A DNA stretch of 64,000 nucleotides from Macrostomum lignano. Lineage: Eukaryota. Of this stretch, positions 52,420 through 61,865 are shown piece after piece; the first letter of the stretch is position 1, and every line of letters begins with the position of its first letter. Under the pieces are notes generated by a model, which was not told the DNA's origin, did no database searches, and saw only the letters and a program-made list of their open reading frames with translations. The stretch is from the NCBI GenBank assembly GCA_002269645.1, contig NIVC01001184.1, positions 1 through 64,000 of the forward strand. The letters are read 5' to 3'. A program made the translations under genes and the position numbers.

Positions 52420-53183
52420 GACTCACGCAGCTCAAAAGTCAAGACTGTGGGTACAAAGAGTAATCGGATAGATTCGATACAGTTGATCGGTCGTAGCCGT
52501 ATTTGCATGTGTGTTAAGCGGTGGTTTGCTGCTATTGGGAAGAATAGCTTATTCTTATAGATGAGTTCCGACCGGTGATCCTGCAAAAGACCACCAATAT
52601 TCAAAGTCTGCAGTGCTGGAGTAAACTGATTTCCAATACAGCGCGGGCTAATCTGATCGCACTCAACAAGCAGCAAATCCGTATTCCAGGCCGGGTTCAT
52701 GCCAGGTCGTTCAAAGCATCCTGCCTGCTCGCTATAGGTTGTCTGCGCAGCACCAAAGATTTTCCCCATCTGGCTGTTTTCTGGAAACATAAATCTCTCA
52801 CAGATCCCAGCCATTTGATAGTATACATAATGGCTAACTGAATCAAGGGTAAATTTAATTAGATGCACATTTATAGGTGTTTCGCCAATTCCAGACTCAT
52901 CAAAATCTTTTACAATCAGTAAAGCATTTACTGCATCAATCAGCTCATTCAAGTCATTGTAGCGCCCAGCTGGAATTTCAGCACATTGCATTGAACCCTC
53001 AAGCTGATAATATAGCGACAATGGATGAGGGATCGTGTAGATGCAGTTGATAAAACTGATTCCAAGCAGACCCAACTCATAGTCCAAAGCAGAATCCAGC
53101 AGCACAGGATGCAGCAGCTCAGCAGTAAAGTTGGCCGGGTCATCATCGGGGCCGGACATTACCTGAAATCTTTGCCTTTTCAT
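52401..53183 (-). CDS. Minor capsid protein (penton, single jelly-roll with insertion, PX)
   Basis: PANFTAELLHPVLLD..YELGLLGISFINCIYTI N-terminus and LLLVECDQI..FFPI..HMQIRL..LTFEL C-terminus; position typical of the Maverick penton. Confidence 0.8.
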   Translation of the reverse strand: MKRQRFQVMSGPDDDPANFTAELLHPVLLDSALDYELGLLGISFINCIYTIPHPLSLYYQLEGSMQCAEIPAGRYNDLNELIDAVNALLIVKDFDESGIGETPINVHLIKFTLDSVSHYVYYQMAGICERFMFPENSQMGKIFGAAQTTYSEQAGCFERPGMNPAWNTDLLLVECDQISPRCIGNQFTPALQTLNIGGLLQDHRSELIYKNKLFFPIAANHRLTHMQIRLRPINCIESIRLLFVPTVLTFELRESWTFDK

Positions 53184-54387
53184 ATTTTTCTTAAGTCTTT
53201 TTCGTCAATCCAACTGGGTTTTTCTGAATCGCGCCACTGAACCAAATACCGAATCTTTCCACTCTTCAGCTTCTTAATGTTGAGAACCTTGTCGATGATC
53301 CACAGCTTCTTGTTTCCTGTCACTTGCTGCATTTCCGGCTCGTAAAACTTGCCTTCCAACTCTTCACCTCGGGCATCGATCAGAGTGTACATGTATGGAT
53401 AATGCTTGGGGTGGAGGGACTTGACTTCAAATACTTCCTCACTCCATCCCCTTGTGTATCCCTTGGTGAATGGGTTGGCCAGATTGCGAAGAGAGATTCG
53501 CACCATCATTCCTGCCTTGAACTTTGGTCTGGAGACCTTTTCACGAGTCTCAGGAAGCTTCCCATCGTAAAGCCGGTGCCAAATTTCCATCTCGTTTGAC
53601 TTGTCGACATCAACTGGTCGGCTTTGAATACTCCGATGAATACTCTGGTTGTATGCCTTTGCTAAGGGTTGAAGCACATCGGTCCAGGTTAATGTTGACT
53701 TGTGACGGAAGTACCGCCACATTCGGGATTTCAGTGTGCGGTTCCATCTCTCAATGACTGCGCATTTCTGGTCACTACTTGATGTGAATGCATGAATTTT
53801 GTGGTTTACGCAGAGGCTCGGAACTGGGTGTTACAAAACTCTTTTCCACGGTCGGTCCGAACTGCTCGTGGGCATCGAGGGTGAGCTCGATTTAGGATCG
53901 CTTCGAATCCGGCTGCAACCTCCTCGGCTGTCTTGCGGCGCACCGGCTGAGCCCAGGCAAACTTGCTGAGCACATCAATGCAGCATAAAATATATCGTAC
54001 GCCGCCATTGTACTTGGCAAACGGTAGCATTTCAACCAGGTCCAGTTCCCACTGGTCATCCATGCCCCGCACCACAATCGGTGCTCGACGAAAGTTTTTG
54101 CGTTTATCTCTATGCAGTGTGTAGACATCTTGGTCTTGGAGCCACGTTTTTACCTTTAATTGTAAAAACTGGAAATTGCTAGCAACTAAAAACCTAAGCT
54201 GGAATTTTCTAAAAAATCATTGGTTTAGAAGTATATCGTATATACATACCTGCCCTACACTAAACTTGGGTCCGTGCTGTTTGTGCAACTCTCGTTTTAA
54301 TGCCTGATAGCCGCCATAGCTGCCCGGTCTACTGCAGTCAAAATAAATACCTGGCAGAAGGTTTGAAATTGCCTTTTTCTTTTTCAT
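53180..54387 (-). CDS. Retroviral-like c-integrase (DDE) with C-terminal chromodomain; 2 exons, one -1 slip at ~53815
   Basis: Exon 1 54387-54250 (MKKKK..IYFDCSRPGSYGG..VGQ); intron 54249-54154; exon 2 VKTWLQDQDVYTLH..QWELDLVEM..TDRGKEF..AVIERWNRTLK; chromodomain WIIDKVL..RYLVQW..PSWIDEKDL; ~370 aa when rejoined. Confidence 0.92.
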
Positions 54388-54499
54388 TTTACCAAATTTC
54401 TAGTACCTATCATTTTCTTATGCCAAACACCTGCTTGAAAAAAAAAAACTACCCACCCCCACCAGTTTCTGCGGATTTAGCGTTTCTAGCCTCTGTTGT

Positions 54500-54815
54500 G
54501 CGCGAAAAAGCATGCATGTTTGCACAAAAATACATACATTTCAATGGGAATTTTTACCCGAATGTGTGCACAAAAAACCTCGACACTTTGCATACTTTTT
54601 AACACTGTGCACGAAAACTTGCATACTTGTGCACAAAATACATGTATTTCAATAGGGATTTGTACCCGAACCTGTGCATGAAAATTGACGCATTTTGTCG
54701 AAAAATTCACGCCGTATTGCATACTTTTAATCACTGGACGAAAACTTGCATACTTGTGGATAAAATACATACATTTCAATGGGGATTTTACCCCAGAGCT
54801 GTGCACAAAAAATGA
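54500..54815. repeat. Imperfect ~110-125-bp triplicated AT-rich repeat between the pPolB remnant and the integrase
   Basis: AAAATACATRYATTTCAATRGG..TTTTACCC..TGTGCA recurs at ~54527, ~54636 and ~54762. Confidence 0.7.
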
Positions 54816-54979
54816 CTAATTATAGCAAAAATATTTTTGTGAAAGAGCATTTTTCTCTATTTCTGCGTATTAGATATCATAGAGTAAAGCTTGTATTTAT
54901 TATTATTCAAAATATAGTATGTTCGTATTAAATTTACATGCATATAGTTGTTTTAAATCAGATATTTACAAAGAAAAAA

Positions 54980-55770
54980 AAATTTGTGGGAAAAAGAGCT
55001 TGCTAGTGTCCAGACAGATCGCACTGGCCGATATACACTAGCCTGTCGAGCACAACATTCGTCTTGAGAATGTGCACTAGAGCTAAATCCCCGTTGAAAA
55101 TCATCTGATCGCGGAACGTCGGCTGGCCACAGGCTTCCCTGCTGAATAAACCAGCACGTAGTCCACTTGCTTGCGAACATACTCGATGGTCTACAGGGAG
55201 TTGTTTAGCAGCTTGTTGCAGTCTTTCTTGAACTCATTCTTGGCCTTTTGCACGACGCTCTATGCGGTAGATAATAACTTGCGGTTGACACGTCAACACA
55301 CCGAGTGGTCCTGATTACCCAGCCACTGCCATTGCGTAGTTACTTCTCTATCCGGTTGAGGATAGTCTGCATGTCGTCAGAGAAGTAGTACTCCTCCTCA
55401 CTCTGGAGAAGAGAGTGGACCTTGGCAGCAAACCAGGCAGTGTTCTCGGCGGCGCAGCTACCATTAATGATGCGCTGCATCAGGACCCCGAGGCGCAGCT
55501 GAACTTTGATGGCGGTTCCTGGCTCACGTTGATGCTGGGTGATCAAGTCAATGAAAGCTTGACGAGTGTTTTCCAAAACATTCATCGGGTCGCCGCATGC
55601 ACTGGCCCGGTAAAGTTGGGACCTGCCATTAAACGCCTCCTTGATCAGTTGAAAATGAATCGCTGGGGAGTCATCTGACTCAAAAGTGCTGGTATCGCAG
55701 GACATACCGCATAGTGCTCCTCAATGCCCCCGATTACTGATGACTCGCAAAAGTCGCAAGTTATTTGCAT
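54980..55770 (-). pseudogene. Protein-primed family B DNA polymerase (pPolB) remnant with a large internal deletion
   Basis: N-terminal CDFC..H..C finger and KVQLRLGVLM..WFAAK..IEK-stop-LRNGSGWVI (the Maverick pPolB GSGW motif). This is joined within ~60 bp to AKNEFKKDCNKLLNNSL-stop-TIEYVRKQV (motif B, KLxNNS) and PTFRDQMIF..VLDRLVYIG..LDTSKL. In-frame stops and frameshifts; no exonuclease or YxDTD core. Confidence 0.85.
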
Positions 55771-56448
55771 TTTCGTTGTATTTTTAATTTAATCTAAAAT
55801 AAATAAAAAATCTATGGGGCCGAGGTGCTTTATTTATAAAGGGTACTGGAGCCCTTCTCCCGCAGGGTCCAAACCAAATCGTTCATCAGGGACCTCTCGA
55901 CCAATAGAATCCATTCTCCACATTTTACTCGGAAATCACTTCAAATGCTTGCTCGACCAATAGAATCCCTTCCCCTCTCTACTCGGAAATTCCAAGCAAT
56001 CAGACCCTCTACCCGTTAAGATCACATTGAAACTCTGTCTTGCGTATCACCACATGCGGTAGAGGATACTCAACTATGGACACTCATTCACATCTCAAAA
56101 CTCACCCTTGAACACTCACTTAACTCACCCTTGGACACTCACCCAGACACTCAGCTGCCCAACCCCTCATCTGGCCTGCTCGACCGGCTTGCCCGACCGG
56201 CTTGCCCGACCGGCTTGCCCGACCCCAACCTGGGCTTGCCCGACCCCCTTCTCCGGCCTCCGGTATGGGATGGTGTGCTGGACAGGAAGGGGCCTTGGTA
56301 TGGGATGGGGTGCAGGACAGGAGGGGGCCCGGTTTGGGGTCGGAGGTAGGTGCGGCGGTGGTGGGTTTGGGGTCGGGTGGGCGTCTTTGGGGGCCCGGTT
56401 TGGGGTCGGGGTGGGTGCGTGGCGGTGGTGGGTTTGGCCGGGGTCGGG

Positions 56449-56628
56449 GTGGGTTTGGGGGTCGGGATTGGGTGCGTGGCGGTGGTGGGTTTGGGTCGGG
56501 GTGGGTTTGGGGGTCGGGGTGGGTTTGGCGTCGGGGTGGGCGTCTTCGGGGCGCCCTCTCCCCTCATTGGCCGGGTGCCCCGGCCAATCCCGTGCGATGG
56601 CGGTAGAGGGTACCACTTTCCTACTACT
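56449..56628 (-). repeat. Maverick right TIR, with related sub-repeats continuing to ~56250
   Basis: Reverse complement of the left end. Confidence 0.95.
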
Positions 56629-56835
56629 CATTGGATTACTTTGTTACCGAATTCTCCCAGGAGAAGTTGACTAAACGTGCATTGTCAAAATTGAACCAGA
56701 GTTTGTCAAAATTGAAGCTTGATCTGTCAATATTGATTGTAGATTTTGAGTGCCCGACCATGGAGTGTCAATATTGAAGAGGAGTTTGTCAGTTTCGAAG
56801 TTCTCCTTGTTCAAAATCGAGAGTAAAATGGTGTA

Positions 56836-58648
56836 GTAGAGACTACGAGCAAGCAATTTAATTCAAGTTAGCAAAAACACATGCATTTTGAGCCTCACTG
56901 CTAGTTGTCTCACGATTTCGCGCGGGCAAGACGGCCTAAGGAATCGTCAGTGTGTTGCCCGCAGATTTTGTCTATGGCATAAGCGTAAACGTTTGTAACG
57001 CAAGATTTTTTTGTATTTTTTGCGATTAAACTTGAAAAGTACAAAGTGAAACTTATGAACATGGCATTAAAAGTACAACCGATATGTCACGTATACATAG
57101 CGTGTGCAATGGCTGCATGTGACCAGAGGAGTTCCTTTAATACTCCACGTTAGTCTATAGTCCACTAAATGAAGAAACTAAGTCAGACGCCATCCTTTTC
57201 CAGTACAGCGGTAGGCTTGAGGTCGTTTGGGTCGCATGATTGCCTCACGGCTGGGATAGCGTTCGGTCTTTGATTGATGTTGCTAGCCTCTGAAGTCTCA
57301 GTGACGACCATACGCTTTGATGAGGTGGCCTCAGTCTCCGACACAGTCTGTCCCCACGGCAGGATTTCCTTTCAAACTTACATACCAGAGGCGCAAATAG
57401 CTGTCGACATAACGCAGTGGCATGCGCTCAATGTCCTCAGGCAGTTTCTTCTCGCGGAGGAACTTCTTAAGTCGTTCAATGTGGTTCCGAGTAGTAGCCA
57501 ATGTCGAAGGCGACTTTGAGGATGCCTCGGTGTCCTTAATGTTTTGAAGTTCTTTCGCATCCAAGTCTCGTAGCGAACACTCCGGATCAATAGCGGAATT
57601 CAGGAATTCTTCGACCTCCTCGTGGTCCAGGACCGGCAGCCCAGTGAATTGATCTACCGTTGATTCTACATGCATGAACAGTCGAGATATAAAATGCAGC
57701 TCAGAATTAGCCAGGCCACTAATATCGCCTGTTGCTATCTTACTGAAATTGATCATGTTGCCGTCAGAATAAGCTATCAGTGCAGCTAATCTCAGCTCTA
57801 GTCCGATGCCTCCACGTCTCTCTTCACTGCAGCTGTATGAACAGGCTTTAGGGGCTTTGGACATAGACGAATTCTCAGGGCAACGGACACACAACGACAT
57901 TCCGTGCCCGCTGTTTTGGTCTATGGCCAATCGTGAAACAACATAGCAGCCCTCGGATTCGCTCATTCCTGCCCTCAAATCCATAGTCAGAACAATCAGT
58001 TGTCTATGGTAAAAAGTGTGTCAAACCGGCAGGCAATTTAATCCTAGGAGCACTTATTTAAGCACGATCTTGCTCGGACTTTCCATTTATTTCATGCATG
58101 CCTCCAACCAAACCAACCAGGAAGCTCCATATGAAAAAGTTACGACGTATAGAACAAAATTCAGCAAAAAAGTTCACTTAACGAAACCTGTGTATAAAGA
58201 AACACACGGCAGAAAAGTTTTTACATGTACGTTTAGACTTCAGTAGGTTACATAATCACCTCCCCAGCGCTGCAGCCTGTGCGAATTCTTGTCTGCGTGC
58301 TAAGTTGGCAATGCTTCTGTTGTTAGCGTCGATTATCAATCTATGCTTTTTGTCGTTAATCTTAGCATATTGCACAGATGGCGCTCCGGCATCTTCAGCA
58401 GCGATTCCGTGGATGTCTTAAAAATGGTGCTGGCTTTGGTCACTTTCGTCTGACATGTTAAAAAAACTGAGATTGGAACGGCATAGACAGCGCTGTTTAT
58501 GGATTTCAGTGCTTAAATGATTGCTCCAAGGATTAAATTGCCTGCCGGTTTGACACAATATTTACCATGGCATGGACAACTAGCATTGAGGCTCAAAATG
58601 CATGTTTTTTGGCTATCTTTGATTAAATTGCTTGCTCGTAGTCTCTAC
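56836..58648. mobile_element. Degenerate inverted-repeat-bounded element (~1.8 kb) with a nested inner IR pair
   Basis: ~74-bp arms at 56836-56909 and 58575-58648 (GTAGAGACTACGAGCAAGCAATTTAAT..GCATTTTGAGCCTCA..CTAGTTGTC); second IR pair at 58004-58065 and 58509-58570. Confidence 0.65.
57331..57984 (-). pseudogene. Possible Crypton-type tyrosine recombinase (DUF3504-associated) N-terminal remnant
   Basis: ELQNIKD..KSPSTLATTRNHIERLKKFLREK..DIERMPLRYVDSYLRLWYVSLK resembles the Crypton/ZMYM/KCTD1 core-binding region. The catalytic domain is absent, and TAT|GTAAGT may be a splice donor. Confidence 0.4.
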
Positions 58649-59789
58649 AAGCTTTGAAATTGAAATTGAAACAAATTGAAATAAAATTTTAACTTCGACG
58701 ATTGGGAGTCTGGATAACTGCTATCTCGCGCCGAATCCATTTTTCCGTCTTTTTTCAGTTGCACTGCAAAAATAGCAATTCATAATTCATGATCCATCCA
58801 TCCATTTGTCTCCTTTCTTAAAGACACATCCGAGAGAATGTTTTAAGAAACGTGTTCTTATTTTCTTTTTTGTTTTTCTATTTTCTTACATAGGTCATAT
58901 TGGCATAGTCAGACTACGAGCTACATACAAATAGGGCCCAACGCCAAAGCAGAAGACAAAATTATAACAGGTGTAAAATAGGTGTACAAAGCATAAAATA
59001 TGAACTCATTTTCACTTTTGTATCGCCCCCCCCCCCTACGGCTTTACCGTCAATCGCGCTGTCTTCTTTAATCTATTTGAGCACCGCGCGAATTGCGTTC
59101 GACCGCGATCCCCTTTGTAGAAGAAACCGTAAATATTGATATATACAGCTGCAGACTAATGTGTAACATGTGTTAGAGTTCTAGTAATATGTTTCAACAT
59201 GATATAATCATAATAATAGTAATAATAAATGCAAGCAAAATTGTCACCTTAAAAGATTGTTCGTCTTTAGTATTTTTTGAACAGGCGTGTGCCCGTTCGA
59301 TCTGCATCTACACTGCATATCCATGCCATGTCAGGTAAGCCATGTGATACCTCCATTGCCTCATTTTACACAAACTTGAGCACGTAGGCTCATCTACTCG
59401 TGCCAAGCACTAATTTTAGGATATATATATAATATGTGTACTTTACTTGCAACGTTCGGCGTGCTTCATTAGCCCCCTTTGAACCTTGAATGTAGGATTG
59501 TTACCGGGAAGAAGGCACTCAACATGAAAAGTAGTCCGTGTGCTTGAAAAAACCCAGCCTGCGCCTACTAATACGAAGTATTTCAGTGAGTTCCATCCTG
59601 TCTCCTCACGACTTTTCCTTCATTTCGCTCTTGAGTGTGTTTCTTGGGGAGTGTTTTCTTTTGAATTTTCTCTTGACTCAGAGGAACTCCTTAATGACTG
59701 CTGGATTCCTAAGGTATTTGAAGGCAACATTCAAATATAGCTAGCTGAGGGTGTATAGCAATTAGAAATTTTAGGCTTGGGCGCCAAAG

Positions 59790-60480
59790 CTACTCACAAG
59801 ATGGCGCCAAATATGCTCACCAAAGTGGCGCCAAAGCTATACTCATAAAAGTGGCCCCAAAGCTATACTCACAAAAGTGGCGTCAAAGCTACTCACAAAA
59901 GAGGCGCCAAAGCTACTCACAAAAGTGGCGCCAAAGCTACTCACAAAAGTGGCGCCAAAGCTACTCACAAAAGTGGCGCCAAAGCTACTCACAAAAGTGG
60001 CGCCAAAGCTACTCACAAAAGTGGCGCCAAAGCTATACTCACAAAAGTGGCGCCAAAGCTATACTCACAAAAGTGGCGCCAAAGCTATTCACAAAAGTGG
60101 CGCCAAAGCTATACTCACAAAAGTGGCGCCAAAGCTACTCACAAAAGTGGCGCCAAAGCTACTCACAAAAGTGGCGCCAAAGCTACTCACAAAAGTGGCG
60201 CCAAAGCTACTCACAAAAGTGGCGCCAAAGCTACTCACAAAAGTGGCGCCAAAGCTATACTCACAAAAGTGGCGCCAAAGCTATACTCACAAAAGTGGCG
60301 CCAAAGCTATTCACAAAAGTGGCGCCAAAGCTATACTCATAAATGTGGCGCCAAAGCTATACTCACAAAAGTGGCGCCAAAGCTATTCACAAAAGTGGCG
60401 CCAAAGCTACTCACAAAAGTGGCGCCAAAGCTACTCACAAAAGTGGCGCCAAAGCTACACACAAAAGTGGCGCCAAATCT
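59790..60480. repeat. 24/26-bp tandem repeat (ACTCACAAAAGTGGCGCCAAAGCT[AT])
   Basis: About 27 copies with two length variants. Confidence 0.96.
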
Positions 60481-61029
60481 ACTGTTGTAAAAAATTGTGC
60501 ATCAGTAATCTACTCATAGTAGACGCTACGGCATATAGTAGTGTGTAATTTTACAAGAAACACCAGTATTGTAGTGATCGATTTGTATAAGTCGACGCCC
60601 TTAATCGTCAATCTCTTATTGACCTCATGGACAGCTATCGACGTACTGTACTTTTCTCCTCCGAATTTGTCTATGGTCATTCCTGAAATGAGCAGCCCAT
60701 TTCTAAGAATATCAGGCGTACCAATCAGTTGTCTTAATAATTGTTTATTTAATCTACGGAAATCTCTGGGTTTATTAACTGCCGCTTCGAGCGCACATAC
60801 AGTACGTATTGAAACACTATCCAAATGCTATAGTTATGATGCCAGCTCTACATGGTGACACGGGGATCAATCTTGCTATCTGGGAGCAAATTCAATTAGT
60901 TAATTATTTTTCTTCGGGATTATCTAGCCACCCCACCCATGAGACTATATGAAAGATCAGGAAAACGTTATATCGCATGTATTTCGATACTAAATAGAAG
61001 TGTGCTGACTATGATGAACTGTTTAACGA

Positions 61030-61865
61030 TGAATTCTGGCGCCTCTCCCAATGACACTAATTCTGGTGCCTTCCATGGCACTGATTCTGGTGCCTCCAAT
61101 GTCACTGATTCTGGTGCCTTCCATGGCACTGATTCTGGTGCCTCCAATGTCACTGATTCTGGTGCCTTCCATGGCACTGATTCTGGTGCCTCCAATGTCA
61201 CTGATTCTGGTGCCTTCCATGGCACTGATTCTGGTGCCTCCAATGGCACTGATTCTGGTGCCTCTCACAATGGCACTGATTCTGGTGCCTCTCACAATGG
61301 CACTGATTCTGGCGCCTCTCCCAATGGCACTGATTCTGGCGCCTCTCCCAATGGCACTGATTCTGGCGCCTCTCCCAATGGCACTGATTCTGGTGCCTCT
61401 ATCAATGGCACTGATTCAGGCGCCTCTCCCAATGGCACTACTAATTCTGGCGCCTCTCTCAATGGCACTACTGATTCAGGCGCCTCTCCCAATGGCACTA
61501 CTGATTCAGGCGCCTCTCCCAATGGCACTACTAATTCTGGCGCCTCTCTCAATGGCACTACTGATTCAGGCGCCTCTCCCAATGGCACTACTGATTCAGG
61601 CGCCTCTCCCAATGGCACTACTAATTCTGGCGCCTCTCTCAATGGCACTACTGATTCAGGCGCCTCTCCCAATGGCACAGATTCTGGCGCCTCTCGCAAT
61701 GGCACTGATTCTGGCGCCTCTCCCAATGGCACTGATTCTGGCGCCTCTCCCAATGGCACTGATTCTGGCGCCTCTCCCAATGGCACTGATTCTGGCGCCT
61801 CTCCCAATGGCACTGATTCTGGCGCCTCTCGCAATGCCACTGATTCTGGCGCCTCTCGCAATGGA
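61030..61865. repeat. 24/27/30-bp tandem repeat (GGCACT[ACT]GATTCTGGCGCCTCTCCCAAT)
   Basis: About 31 copies, all with lengths divisible by 3; open through ORF 60939..62036. Confidence 0.95.

Larger units (their letters stand above)
45623..56628. mobile_element. Maverick/Polinton (adintovirus-like) element, 11,006 bp, with both ends present and a defective polymerase
   Basis: Termini AGTAGTAG...CTACTACT; 6-bp TSD CATTGG (45617-45622, 56629-56634); TIRs identical for 136 bp and ~180 bp apart from C-run indels; encodes integrase, minor and major capsid, protease, packaging ATPase and a pPolB remnant. Confidence 0.96.
45086..56833. mobile_element. MITE-like element with CAC...GTG ends and ~130-bp TIRs, split by the Maverick insertion (about 740 bp without it)
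   Basis: 45086-~45215 matches the reverse complement of ~56700-56833 (GATTTTGAACAAGGAGAACTTCGAAACTGACAAACTCCTC...GGTCGGGCACTCAAAATCTACAATCAATATTGACAGATC). TA flanks both ends. Confidence 0.75.
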
